In this document: positions 1-13,029 of the stretch, piece by piece
How positions within the stretch are numbered: position 1 is the stretch's first letter
How the letters are laid out: every line of letters starts with the position of its first letter
From: Albugo candida
Taxonomy: Eukaryota
Length of the DNA stretch: 64,000 nucleotides
Direction: 5' to 3'
Assembly: GCA_040437565.1 (NCBI GenBank)
Contig: JBDOQK010000022.1
Coordinates: forward strand, 124,001 to 188,000
The notes under the pieces: generated by a model
Seen by the model: the letters and a program-made list of their open reading frames with translations, nothing else
The model's database searches: none
What the model was told of the DNA's origin: nothing
Translations under genes and position numbers: made by a program

Positions 1-1
1 C

Positions 2-2049
2 GTAGTCTTTGGGCATATTGAATCCTGTGCTGGGCAGTTGGACTTCCTAAACATCAACGTGCTTTCAGAAGTATCTGAGACCTGTCAACAGTGCTTGCTG
101 GAGCGCGCAGGCGCCGTTCATGTGGAAAAGGTGCAAGAGGTGGAAGTGGTGAACGAATTTGACAAATCAGGCACATTACAAAAACATACTGGGTTGTGGG
201 GGCATCAGATTCTCTTCGAGCGAACTTGACCAGTTGCTTTGCTAAAACAGTTTGTCGTGAACCGACATTTGTAGAGTCGAGATCGAAATTCTCGACTGAA
301 GGCATCGGCGGTAAATTATCACCGGTCGGCTCTGTCAAGAAACCGATCGATACGTATATCAGTAACGAGCATTCGACAACCTCAACTGATTCCCAAACGG
401 TACAGAAACTGGCTTTTCACTTGACGTCNNNNNNNNNNNNNNNNNNNNNNNNNNNNNNNNNNNNNNNNNNNNNNNNNNNNNNNNNNNNNNNNNNNNNNNN
501 NNNNNNNNNNNNNNNNNNNNNNNNNNNNCGACATTTGTAGAGTCGAGATCGAAATTCTCGACTGAAGGCATCGGCGGTAAATTATCACCGGTCGGCTCTG
601 TCAAGAAACCGATCGATACGTATATCAGTAACGAGCATTCGACAACCTCAACTGATTCCCAAACGGTACAGAAACTGGCTTTTCACTTGACGTCGATCAA
701 GCTGATCAAATATTTACGAGGGAGAAGGGGGGAAACCAAAGCAATTGTGCATATATAGATCCAACAAGTTTTTCCCTTCCTTATGTGAAACATGTTTCAG
801 TAAAAACAGCGATTCTGCAAGCATGGAAAAATATTTTATGCATAATGAAAATCCGAGTGTGCTCTATGTGCTGCACTCATCAGATCCTGATTCTTTCAGC
901 AAGTCGTGTATGCAAGCGCAAATCTGCCCTGGCATGACCGCTTTGCTGACAGGTAACGGATGCCACATGTTCAAGTTACAATTATCGAGGATAGCAAAAG
1001 GATTGCACCTGATCACAAACTCAGCGGGCTCACGCCTGGATAACGTTGCCGCATTACTTAATACAAAAGCGGAAGCGACCACTGAGAACATTGATAAAAT
1101 TGCTAAGAAGCTCCAACGCCTGACGTTCAGACACTACTGGTTAGCAACAACTAAGGGATATAGTAGCAAAGGTCAACTCTGCTGGAAATGCTTGGCTACA
1201 GCCTATGATGGCCTGGTTGTTTTGGACAGGGTTAAAGTCAACCCGAAAAAGGAAAACATCTTCATCATATCTATCTTCACAGACAAGACCTTGAAACCTT
1301 TTCAGTGGACGGATATATGTGGTACAATCACATCCAAGGACGATTACATGCCAGACAACGTTCATGTCAATACATTGTCGCCAGCGAAAAATGTGTTCAC
1401 CTGAATGGAACGAACACTTGCCGAACAATACAACTCGCACCTTAGTCCTGGCTGTTTCTTGGTAGCAGTGCAGAATAGAAAAGGTATAAAAGGCCTCAGA
1501 TGTTTTGAAGGCACCGAAACGTGGAAACTATCTCAGCTCAGCTTTCTGGTATCACTCAAGAGGAATGTAGCTGCTATCGGAAGCTTGAGATGCTACATTC
1601 TGAACAAATCTGGCTGTAATGATTTGCAGCTGATGCCCGACATTATGTGCGACTATGAAGCAAATTCGAAAATTGCCAATTTCGATTTGAATCAGCATTT
1701 CAATGAATTCGAACCGGTCTACAATACAGGGAAATCGGCATCACTTCCACTTGCAAAGGTCATTGTCGTCAAGTGAAAAGGACACGATTCGAAGGATGTG
1801 GGAGAAGAGGCCGCATTTACAGAATGTGTCGTCTGTCTCGCAATAAAGCACAGAGCTGTACTCATATCCGTACTCAAACGATATGTATGGGTGGTTGATT
1901 CGGGAGTACCATTAAGCTGCAAGGAATGCGATGGTAAGGTGATTAAAGGTCCGCACTTTTTGTATAATCAGTATCTTCGGCAGATACCGGTCGTGAAAGC
2001 GAGAGAGTACTTCTGGAAATCTTTGAAACGGAAGCGTGAGAGCTTATAG
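2..2049 (+). pseudogene. CCG/CHxC-type secreted Cys-rich effector-like gene, 5' end outside window, disrupted
   Basis: Frame from nt 2 reads VVFGHIESCAG...SETCQQCLLERAG (exact CxxCxxxxxG). It continues through frameshifts (~nt 185, ~nt 725) and in-frame stops (1402-1404, 1774-1776) via ORFs 196, 745, 1405 and 1798. Repeated CxxC modules (CETC, CWKCLATAYDG) and the family C-terminal motif ECVVCLAIKHRAVLISVLKRYVWV..CKEC are present. A gap artefact lies at 429-694. Confidence 0.7.
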
Positions 2050-4007
2050 AGAATGACAATTCGCAAAAGCAGAAGACGAAACATAGGATACAAACTCAAC
2101 GCCTTTTACTTGATCACTCGTTTGTTATACAATATAACAATCAAAGAGATAAATGGTATCTTGTTTCCCTCTAGTTCTCTATACGAGGTCGCGAGCTTCA
2201 TCTGTGCATGTTATCTACAGGACTTGTTCCGCCCTATATATGATTGCTGTGATTCGACTGTGCACGCTGCTGTAAACAACAAAGTCAATCCAATGTGATA
2301 TTCGAGTAACATAGACACTGTCTGAGTACATAGATGGTAGCCATCGAGCCGAGTACTCCAGAGGGTCGGAGAGCTCTTCCAACCATATTTATGATCGCAC
2401 AAATTCATCACAAGCACAGGCACGATTTCACATGAGACTTTTCACCTTTCTATCTCTTTAGCACTTTTCACTCGCTCTTTTCACTAATGATGAGCCGAGC
2501 TTTTTCGTACGTTTTTCTTCGATCTATGATGAATAGACAACACGGATTCGTGTATCACAAAGCAGCATTCTGCTACTTATTTGTTCTATGAACTGATCAC
2601 TCATTCGAATCGGATACTTCAGTAATATCAATGATGAATCGACGTATCTGCTGGTGCGAGATACGGTTTGGAACCGAATAATTTAGTGTACCCCGTTCGG
2701 CCTTACCTGACATGTAGAAAATTCAATTTTTATTATGAAAGGCTGGATCGTTAACTTTACATACTATATTTCTGGAGATAGAGGTTAAGCTAATGAATAC
2801 ACATGCGAGAGGCGTCTTCAATTAGTCTTCAGCATAATCCTGTCCTCTCCTAAAATTATCATTATAAACATCTTGAATATAGATTGGAATCAAGAGTGTG
2901 ACTCATACAGCAAAACAGCGTACAGATTTAAGAATATTGAAGCACCTGGGATTTCAAGTAGTCGTGTTGATCGCGCTGTTTTGAATTACTTCTCATTGCG
3001 GATGTGCTCTTGGGAAATTAGAAATAAATTAATATTCGGTGACTGTCATTATAGAGGTAACAGAATATGTCGTACTTCCCCGTTCAGCTTCATTGAGTGG
3101 TAGTTGGTGCTTGGCTTCTTTTCAGCTTTCTATATTCAGAAGAAGGTGGATAATCGAACATTTCTTAGCTAATCAATCGATATCCACGCTGCTAAAAGAA
3201 CAAGATTCACGAACGTTCAATATCCGTAAGAATACAATAGATTGCGCAGGGACACGTGCAAGGAAGACGATGGACATCAAAGCTATTTGTCACCTTTAGC
3301 ATGGCTTCTTTTCTTTCGGCTTCTGGAAGTCGTCCATCGAAATAGAGTCATAGACTTTTTATATTGCCTTTAGTATAATTTTTAAGAACTTTAGCATTTA
3401 GCATCATTTGAATCGCAAGCACGGGTACGAACTCCATTCATGTGATGATCTTCGATCAACACTTTATATCGACAATTTGAGCAGCCAGCAATACCGTGCA
3501 TTTGCTTAGCCACATTAGCAGGATCAAGTCCGACTTATTTCTTCTGATACTAGCTTCCATTTCAAAAGCCCTTGCATATGTAGATTAAAACGTTAGCAGC
3601 AAGCATGTCTAATGGTGGCGATTGTGAAGGAACTGCTGCTCATCATCATTGATCAGTGCGTCATCGAGAAAGGTCGAGAAGNNNNNNNNNNNNNNNNNNN
3701 NNNNNNNNNNNNNNNNNNNNNNNNNNNNNNNNNNNNNNNNNNNNNNNNNNNNNNNNNNNNNNNNNNNNNNNNNNNNNNNNNGAAGGAACTGCTGCTCATC
3801 ATCATTGATCAGTGCGTCATCGAGAAAGGTCGAGAAGGATGTCTTCTAGACTGTGACATCCAATGCAGACCGCTAGTATTATCGTATCGACCGTGAGAGA
3901 AAAGATGCGTACGCACAAACGTGCTATAGGCGATATCCATTCAGTTTCTGAGGGTACTAAAGATACGGGGAAATAAATACGCTACTGCGCAATAGAATTC
4001 GACACAG

Positions 4008-4454
4008 GGGTCCGTACCCAGCTCAGTCGGTTAAGCACTTGAGCGCACGGACCCCCTGCCGGAGGTCGATAGTTCGATCCCCGGCAGTGTGGGCAGCGGT
4101 TTGAGCCCACCCAAGCAATAAGCTTGGGAATTATCTGCCTCCCTAGGTTTGAAGTCAGACCTAAGTGATATTCACACGGTCAGGGGCTCATGATAGGATA
4201 AGGAAGGTAGTTGAAGAACCAGATAAANNNNNNNNNNNNNNNNNNNNNNNNNNNNNNNNNNNNNNNNNNNNNNNNNNNNNNNNNNNNNNNNNNNNNNNNN
4301 NNNNNNNNNNNNNNNNNNNNNNNNNNNGAATTATCTGCCTCCCTAGGTTTGAAGTCAGACCTAAGTGATATTCACACGGTCAGGGGCTCATGATAGGATA
4401 AGGAAGGTAGTTGAAGAACCAGATAAACAGTGTAATGAAATCCTTGAAAAAAAA
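4008..4454 (+). mobile_element. tRNA-derived SINE, copy 1 (about 240 bp; internal N-gap with duplicated flank)
   Basis: A-box-like agctcagtcggttaagc, B-box gttcgatcc, A-rich tail, and a perfect TSD aatagaattcgacacagg at 3991-4008 and 4455-4472. Four more copies are in the window. Confidence 0.85.
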
Positions 4455-4599
4455 AATAGAATTCGACACAGGATATCTCAATTATGTTATGACGACAGCA
4501 TGACACCTAACCAGCATTACAAATATGATAGCGGAAATCCATGAAAGATTTTTGTTCAAGTTATCTGACAGCGAGTTTGGAAGAAACGTCGTGTATCGA

Positions 4600-5180
4600 A
4601 TGAATGTGAGCGCTACTATTTTCGACTCTATAGATCAGTGTTACGAGGGCAAAAGTCGCTGTATTCGCCAGATACGGCTATTAATCCAGACATCCAGAAT
4701 ATAAATGGGTAGCTTACCATATGAGTTAGAGTTCATGCCAGAAAGTTCTCGTGTATAAGAACATTGCACCGGTAGAAGCCTCTGCTATATCCTTGCTTTT
4801 TTTACCAGATCACATAAACCAGAAAATTTTGTAGTGCATCACCACAAGTGGCAAAGCACCAACAAATCGTGTTTATCCAAAACGGTGTGGGCTCATGAAT
4901 CCGTCACGATCATGAAAGAGGATACGGCGAAACCTTCAAAGTAGGATGATGAACCATCAAAAAGAAGAAAAAGCGCTTAAGTGATCAGCCATTTTTCAAA
5001 AAAAAAAAACTGTGTTCGCGCGAATATAGAGATCAGGTCTCTGTTTTATTGGCGGACTTGATAAATCCAGATTGCTTGGAATGTTATATTCTGGTACACA
5101 ATGTAATAGCCGTATCCTCCAAAACCAAGTACGTCTAGGCTGAGATAACAACTGATCTATGGGGTTGTGGGAATATACTA
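4600..5180 (+). pseudogene. Degenerate paralog of the 19215 effector-like gene (C-terminal half recognisable)
   Basis: Manual translation gives ECERYYFRLYRSVLRGQKSLYSPDTAI, VAYH, APVEASAISLLF, CITTSGK and PDCLECYILVHNVIAVSSKTKYV*AE..GCG. These are collinear with DCYRYY..SLFTSDTGI, VAYH, KASAISFIF, CITTRG and NCLACYVLVHSVFFISIEHKYVW of the 19215 protein. The 5' extent is uncertain. Confidence 0.7.
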
Positions 5181-6084
5181 AGATACATTACCGATCATGT
5201 GCATTCCATTCGATCAGTCTCTGAAAGGGAAGTTGAATCGACCAAAATGCCGTTCATGTTTCCAGATTGGAACCTAAAGCTTTCTCACTGCCGTGGATAT
5301 TATTATATCAAGATTTTTTGCTGTTCTTGAAATGCTATGTCAAAATGCTTCAAATCGACCGACGCTAACGAGATTGTCGTATTTGTGGCTCCTTCCTTGA
5401 CGTCAAGCCTTGACATCAAGGAAAAATAAGAATTTGAGACTTTGCGTCACCCACTAGGACACAAATTAGCAAGTCAAAAGGATATCGCATATGGTTAATT
5501 GATTGACGTAAAGAAGAAAGGACAAGCGTGTGAAGACATGAGCGATGGATATGTATGTTTGATTCTTATTTCATGTATCTGTTACATTGTTGAACTTGAG
5601 CGCAGGTTGAAAGGCTTAAGGTTCTGATTTCTCTATAAATCAGCACTAGTGTTTCATTGCCTTTCCGTATCCATTAATTTTGCATCAGCCATTTTATAAA
5701 TAGCGTCATTTGCACATCGAATGAGAAACGTTGTACGTATTGTGTACGTATTTCTTCGATACATTTGTTTTGAGTACCAAGTCACCTGATAGATGCATAA
5801 CATTTGCTTCTTTGTTTTTTGTGCACGACGAATGAGTAGGTGAAATATCTCACTCTGATTGAATTGCAATTTCGAACACTACTCTCGCTCAGAATTTTTA
5901 GGAATGGAAACGGATCGTAGCTTTCTTGCAAGAAATGACAAACTAAAGGAAATATACGCGGAATCTTGAAAGAAAGCGAAATCACACATTTAAAACATTC
6001 TCTCAATTGTGTTCAGTGAAAATAGCTTGAATACTTCTGATTCGAAAAGAGAACATTTTCTGATCTAGATTCGTCACCATATTA

Positions 6085-6330
6085 AATCCGAGCCGGCTGC
6101 TTAAAGCATGCTTCGATCGTAGAAAGCCGTTCGTACCATGCCGGTCCACTTGTCAAGCTTCGGTTGGCTTCGTACGACTCTAATCAGGGTTTGAATTGTC
6201 TTCTTTTTGGAAACAGATTAATATGACTTCAAAAACGTACGTGTCGATGGGGGAAATCACAAGATTATTGAATATGTATGATATGAGAGAGAGACAAGAG
6301 CATACACTGCAACGTCATCAGAACTAACTG
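6085..6330 (+). pseudogene. 3' fragment of a paralog of the 44329 effector-like gene
   Basis: SIVESRSYHAGPLVKLRLASYDSNQGLNCL / FWKQINMTSKTYVSMGEITR..RQEHTLQR aligns with SIAQSRPYNA..LSLRLVYYKDDEECVLCL / LWNQVLMISMDYVWMEETER..KKEHAFKR at 45.9-46.1 kb. Downstream non-coding 6400-6460 matches 46455-46520. Confidence 0.6.
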
Positions 6331-8199
6331 CGGCCATTTTCTTACAATCAGGTGCCGTGCCTTTTGACGGGCCGTTCGATTAATTTTTCGAGTACAGATT
6401 GCATGTATGCGGTTGTGTGGCTACTAGAGGGTCAAGTAAAAACGCATGAAAGATGAGTAAGATTTTAAGAGATATATATGGCAGACGATTGAATTCCTTT
6501 TAACTAGAATTTATTGGTCTATTTGTCCAGTCTGTGTGAACGAAGAAGGTAGTGAATCAAACAAGGGCACATGATGATACGGGCGATATATAAAAGAATG
6601 GACTGGTGCACTTCCGAATTTTACGAGGTTCATGGAAGGTATTTACTTCTGCACGATGAGGAAAGGACCGACCATAATGAGCAGTGTTCACGTCAAGCTG
6701 CTTCATTGTTGTGAATAGCTGAAGAGATTGTAATTTGTCCTAGCCTGACGGGTATACACTCATGAACAATAAAATGCTGCAACTGGGAGCGTACATTTAA
6801 CTCTGAAAAGAGATGCATCGTGGAAAGTAATCTCGATGTTTTGTTACTTCGTATGAATACCGCATGTAGAAAAAGCTCACTTGTTAGTGTCCAGCTTCTA
6901 GTATCAGACCAAGTCATTTTTCTAGTCGCAATAGTTAGGCTATTTTGATTGTTTTAGGGTTCTGTCAAGCTTGTAAGAAATTCTCCAAAAGTAGAATGTT
7001 TTCTACCACCTTGGTGTACGCGGCCATAAAATCGTAGTTGAACGGTAAACTAAGCACATGGATTATGTTCAATCAAGGTAGAGAGCGCTTGATTCCACTT
7101 TTTTATAACTTGTCGATTCGATGTAGATATTAGAGTGATATCAGCTGTGAAAGCTGTGACTTGAAATTGATTTGGGACATAGCAAGCACTAAGGACTGGC
7201 TCAACACTGCACTCGATGATTTTGTATGATTCATACTTTTACTTGACGTCGTGACGTCATACAGGACTACTTTACCTAAGAATCTTCATCCATAGAATGT
7301 CATATTGCGAACGATCCAATACGTGACAGCTAACAGCTGAAAAAAATCTGATATATCGACCGCGGAAATCGTCATTTCGTATCAAATCTATTTGGGTCGT
7401 GTGCTTCGATAAAATCTTTATATCTCAAGATGCAGTACTGTAGGAATTCGTGATCTCATTATCTGAAGCCATCGGACGGTCCGGCATTGTAAAATTAAAT
7501 ATTTTTGTGCTGGCAGACTGTTGATGATCAAGCTGCGTTTTTGCTTGTTTTGGTCCAAATTTCTATTTTAGCTCCTCTATGATTATACATACTCCAATAT
7601 GCTTTGCAATCTGTATACATCAGTCAAATGGAGGCATAATGCTTATGATTCTTGCTATTGGATCAAAATCCACGAAAAGTTCCAGAATGAGGAAGCAGCA
7701 TCGCTGATACAAATGAAAAGGATTCGAGTTTGCTATACAAACACTACAGCTGGAGCACCATTGATTTTGCGAGCACACATTCCTTAATATATAAAACACA
7801 GACTCTCGCCAACAGCTTTCATCCACGCGTTGATCGTTCGATATTAACAGTTTTGACCGCTTTTGACTCAGTGTCCCTTGGCCTCAGTTGAAGGTGTCTA
7901 TACCTACAATTAGACTGAGTGACTCCTAGACTATCTTATATAACAAAATATACACATGAAAAACGTTTTGTGAATTTACCTCTGAGTGATAACATTATAT
8001 TTTTTCGCTGATAGTCCTCCATTGCGATAACGTCAAAAACCACCATAATACAAGACTGTGCCATGTGTGCAAATCATCTGATATTGTTCAAAAGTACCGT
8101 GTTTATTAAATTGGTGTGCGCCACTTTAGACTGAAGGTAGGCATCCAACTAGGAATAGGATCGGAGTTGCACTTGCACTTCTTACTGCCGATGCCTGAT

Positions 8200-9700
8200 G
8201 GGCAGCAATGATCATCGACTCCTGGAAAATCCATCAAATGATGCTTGCGTTGCAACTTTGACCAGCACCTTAGATATCTAGATGTGCTCGTTTTGATTGT
8301 AGCACTGCGGTTGAAAGCAGCGAACGTGCGCAGTAAACGTGGTGTATATCACGGAAGTGTTACTGGCCGCTAATAGAGCCAAAGACGATTCTTATCGGTC
8401 CAGAAAAAGTGCAGCGTCATCGCTTGCAATACAAGCCATACATCGGATAATTTGCTGATGTTCCTTCCATGCTGGCCGTAGTCCTCGCACAATCGCACAT
8501 GCAATATGGGGTCAACCTGGTCGGGATAAGCTGGTCTCATAAGCTAAAATTCCCGGATCAATTTTCCAGGCTTCAACAACGTGGCTGCTAATTCAACAAT
8601 CTACAACTGAACTATCATTCCGTCATGTTTGACTGCTCAAAGATAATGAAAACAAAAGGCATAGTTCTGAGCTATAACTTACGCGTTCTTGGTTCCTTTT
8701 GTCAATGCATTCGCAAAGCGATGACCTTAACGGTGTCACGCATAAAGAATTATAGGATTCAGCCCAAAGACAAAAGAAGTACGTGTAGGTGCGCTGTTGT
8801 GGCCGAGTGGCTTCAAATGATACTTATGAGTCTAGAGCGATGATTGTTTTGCCTTACTTGTATGGACCATTTCAAGTGACATCAACTGCAGACATTGGAT
8901 TAGAAGCGCTTGAATTAGACACTCTCTTAGAAATGACACATTGTGTCGATGAGATTTACGACACATATCTATCGGCGAGCAATTTGATGTCTGTTTATTT
9001 GAACCAGAAGAAAAGACTGAGGTTCTCTACAGACGTCATTTTCAAACGGTATGCTCTTGTTTACTCTAAGAACAGCAAGTATTTTTCTAAGGGCAGCAGC
9101 GAATAATTTTCTAGAAGATACGCCGAACATTCTAAAAAGATTACACGCATGGAGTTCATGATGTAATGGCGCATTATTTCAGAAAATCATGTCACATTCT
9201 GTTGGGATAAATATAAAAGTAGTCAGGGTAACGGGTAGATCACATTGCCATCTTGCTTTATAGTGGCTGCGAATGAGTTGCACCCGCGACGCTCTTTGTG
9301 CTTCGCTCGTACGCATCTGCTTCAATTCCGATTTTAACCGTGAGAAAACAATTCAAGCCCGTCGAATCGAATAGGACAAAGATGAAATTGCAAACATATA
9401 GATTTCCCTGTCTTAAACAGCTTCATATATTTGTATGATATGTGTCTAGTTTGCTTTCCAACAAAACGCGGCTTCATACACTCTTGAATAGATGCTGTTT
9501 GCAAGACACGTGTATACTGTGGACATCGAATGTCCATGTTGCAGTAAGGTCGCGCTAGGGCGTTTAGTCCCGCATAATAATGTACACACAGCTTATGGCT
9601 TCGTTTCCGGAACTGGTCGAGAAGCCCGACGCGATAAAAATCACGTGAAGCAATGCCAAAGAATTGAATTTGACCCGAGAACACGCACGCTTTTAGTGGG
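8200..9700 (-). pseudogene. Possible highly degenerate Cys-module secreted-protein pseudogene
   Basis: Scattered family-like fragments on the minus strand (QTASIQECMKPRFVGK, SLCECIDKR, CFHYL*AVKHDG, CMACIASDD). Nucleotides 8925-8985 resemble 17665-17720. Confidence 0.3.
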
Positions 9701-10822
9701 GCTGGAAGCTAATGGCATGTAGCTTCGNNNNNNNNNNNNNNNNNNNNNNNNNNNNNNNNNNNNNNNNNNNNNNNNNNNNNNNNNNNNNNNNNNNNNNNNN
9801 NNNNNNNNNNNNNNNNNNNNNNNNNNNTGGACATCGAATGTCCATGTTGCAGTAAGGTCGCGCTAGGGCGTTTAGTCCCGCATAATAATGTACACACAGC
9901 TTATGGCTTCGTTTCCGGAACTGGTCGAGAAGCCCGACGCGATAAAAATCACGTGAAGCAATGCCAAAGAATTGAATTTGACCCGAGAACACGCACGCTT
10001 TTAGTGGGGCTGGAAGCTAATGGCATGTAGCTTCGCTAATTGGCATATCGAAGCTAGTAAAAAAAACTGGCGTCACTAAAACGATACGAGACCACATGTG
10101 AAAAGCCTACTTGCCTCTTTTTTGATTTGATTTCGCAGGTCTGATAGATCATTGAACTATCCTTGCTGCATGAAAATCTCTATTTCTTTCTTCCGTCATC
10201 TTACAACATTGTTCAACGAATTTCATGCGCTCCAAGCAGTGCTCTCTTATGCACAAAATTTTACTGCAAGAGGATCGATGTCCTCCGTGCGCTTCGTGCG
10301 AGGGGTCAGGTTTGTAATGCGCTGTCATTGCACGTTTTGTGTTAGTGCGAGTTTACAGATGTGACAATGCGTTCGGATTTTGCCTCGGGATTGCTTCAAA
10401 CTTGAACGTATCGCTATTTCCTGTAGGATCGGACTGAAAGACTACGTCGCGGTGATATCTATTTTGGGAGAAGGATCTACATTGCTTCGGGCATAATATG
10501 TCTTTCAACACGCGCTTCTTCTCTCTCAGCACGGAATTCCGTCAGGCAGCATTCTTCTACGAGACCAACCAAATTGACCGTACCTACTCTTTGGGTTCGT
10601 CAAGTAATGACACATACCACAGAACAAGCATGTACGACTGCATATATTTGCATGTAAACCATTTTTAGCCGTAGAAGGTTCCAAAACCCGAGCTTTCAAT
10701 ATAGATTAAAGCCTTAAATGGTATATATCATGTCAAGACGAGAAAGCGTAAATTCTGAAAAAATGTAAATCTTGAATCAATCAATGCTTGTCTCGATTGA
10801 AATCAGAATAGAGTTTGCTTAA

Positions 10823-10836
10823 ATGAAGCAGCTGCG
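10823..10836 (+). promoter_or_regulatory. Conserved upstream element ATGAAGCAGCTGCG (palindromic GCAGCTGC core) of the 13030 paralog
   Basis: Identical 14-mer at 18962 and 34611. Here it lies 257 bp upstream of ATG 13030 once the MULE and one TSD are removed. Confidence 0.5.
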
Positions 10837-11044
10837 GTTTACCGCTTTGCGACATTATAGTTGCACTTGCCCATCGAAGTTCAAAATTTGAAAAAACATA
10901 GAAGCCAAAACTCCTCTCCGAAACTGATTCTTTCGGTCAATACTTGCTTATCCCTCAAAAAGAAGTTGCAAATGAACTGAACATCTGGGATCAATATAAT
11001 TTGATTTTTAGTTCACAAATTATTGGATGACTCGTTTCAAGAAA

Positions 11045-12985
11045 GGGACTATAAAAAAATATACCAATTTGATAAGTAAATAAAAAATATATATACCACG
11101 GCTGTATACTATACGTACGCCTATACACAGCAAAGTAACAGCACTTTCTTCAAAAACAGGAGTTATACCAATAAAGGGGATATAATTCAAGCAGTAATTG
11201 AGTACAACCGAGAATGTAATCGTCTGTTTCATGTGGTGCCAAGTGACAAACGGCGTTATAAAGCAGTGTACACACAACATGGCTGTTTCTTCGTTGTGCA
11301 GCTGCCTTATCGCAGACATTCAGCCCTCCAACAAAATTTGTTTTGCACTCCTGTTAAGTATCTGAATTGTCAAAGGCGTTTCGAAGATATACAACTGCGA
11401 AACAAATTGTTACAAATCCTGCAGTCAGAGATATGGCCATAATATCCGGTAAGTTACAAACAAAGTTAAGGAACGAAGGGATTTCTGCAACATATATGAA
11501 GTGTGCCAACGCACTCAAAAAGCTGAAGCTTGCGTTATACTAAAGTGATACTAAGCAATACAGCCTCATTCCATCCTACATGGCTGCACTAAACATTCGA
11601 GGCCACGAAGCCAAGCTTGAATTCGTAAATGATGAATTCATGCGATTGAGTATACTTTTCCGGGAAGGGCTTCAAGCATATAAGTCGTACAGTGAGCGTG
11701 GAATATCCGTGGATGGCACAATTATGAAGACATCAATCGGGGGACGGGGGTTCTTCTTGTTGCGTGCTTTCGAAATGGAAACAAGGAGATCCAAATTATC
11801 GGATTTGGGCTCGTGTCGGTAGAGAATGAAGAGTAACTGGAGCTGGTTTGTGAAACTCCTACTCTATCACCTCCAGCCATCTCATCCGCTATTTGATGGA
11901 AAATCTCAACAAAAACACAAGTCTAAGCTGATGAAGAATCTGGCGTGCTTATTGGCTCGTTCACGAACAACGGTAGAGTACGAGAAGGCGAAGGAGAATA
12001 TCGCCAATTTGAACAGCAGTGCGCTGGTGTGACTACAGGAGGTTGGTCGTGAAAATTGGTCAACAGCATACTAACCATGTCCAAGATACAACACTTTGAC
12101 ATCAAACAACGTGGAGGCGATAAACAGCATGTTGAAGGGAATTCGGAGTCTTCCTATCATCGACTGCTTAATGGGGATCGAACGCTACGTTGCGTGAATG
12201 TAGGCTAAAAATATCAACAAAGTGAAAGGCTAGGGATTACTAAGTCCATATAAATCACGAAAAGTGGATAAAACAATAGCCGCTGCAAGGTGGGGTGCAA
12301 TTGATGAATGCTCGATCTGTTGCTATATCGTCGCAATCCGGTCAAGGGTGGGGAGTATTCCGGTAAATTTTGCACTTCAATTCAGTGATAAATCTGTGCA
12401 ATGCTCGTGTGGGTACTTCAAAGATGTTGGATCGCCTTGCATTCATGCATTATCAGCATTGAATCATTCCAGAAAATTGCTTAACATGGTCACGTATTTT
12501 CATGATTCCTGGAAATTATCGACGTTTGCGACCACCTATTCTATGAGCTCCGACGGTAACATAATGCCAATAGTGCTGAATAATAATCTCATAAGAGGTG
12601 TGTGCAACGCTCCATCTATTCTGAGAAAAAAAGGGCGCCCAAAGAAGAAGCGGATTCCATCGCAACAAGATGTGGAATGTGCAACCATTTTGGCCATAAT
12701 CGCAGGAATTGTCCGATAAGGGACGCACAATTGCATGCTTCGTTATCCTTACTACATAGTGCATCATTCATCAGAGGTTTTTCATCCTAACCTGGGTTTT
12801 CCTCGTTATAATCGTAGTCATGTGTATATGCGTACGTNNNNNNNNNNNNNNNNNNNNNNNNNNNNNNNNNNNNNNNNNNNNNNNNNNNNNNNNNNNNNNN
12901 NNNNNNNNNNNNNNNNNNNNNNNNNNNNNNNNNNNNNTATGCGTACGTATAGTATACAGCCTTGGTATATTTTTTTTATGATCCC
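11045..12985 (+). mobile_element. Mutator/MULE DNA transposon with degenerate transposase
   Basis: TIRs gggactataaaaaaatatacca / tggtatattttttttatgatccc plus inner TIR ggctgtatactatacgtacgc. Perfect 9-bp TSD ttcaagaaa at 11036-11044 and 12986-12994. Transposase fragments GISVDGT, SWIM finger CSCGYFKDVGSPCIHA, KKGRPKKKR and zinc knuckle CGMCNHFGHNRRNC. Confidence 0.92.
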
Positions 12986-13029
12986 TTCAAGAAATTCAAC
13001 AGCACCTTGCTTATAATCGGTTTTGCCCA

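Noticed and set aside
263-694. Perfect 166-bp direct repeat around an N gap
   Set aside because: Identical copies directly flank a 100-N scaffold gap, so this is an unmerged contig overlap and not a biological repeat.
1402-1407. In-frame TGA-ATG and a second TGA as possible readthrough or selenocysteine recoding
   Set aside because: The same gene also has frameshifts, and paralogs carry TAG and TAA stops; ordinary pseudogenisation or sequencing error is simpler.
4008-4090. tRNA gene
   Set aside because: Has A/B boxes but no convincing acceptor stem, and is always fused to the same body with TSDs; it is a SINE head.
3626-4427. Direct repeats flanking the gaps at 3682-3781 and 4228-4327 (apparent SINE dimer)
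   Set aside because: Same gap-overlap artefact; the single TSD pair shows one SINE.
9520-10035. Duplicated ORF MFSGQIQFF... (about 208-bp repeat)
   Set aside because: Exact duplication across the gap at 9728-9827; assembly artefact.
10355-10366. CHIC (CHxC) motif on the minus strand
   Set aside because: No signal peptide or sustained ORF, and no downstream G at the expected position; could be chance.
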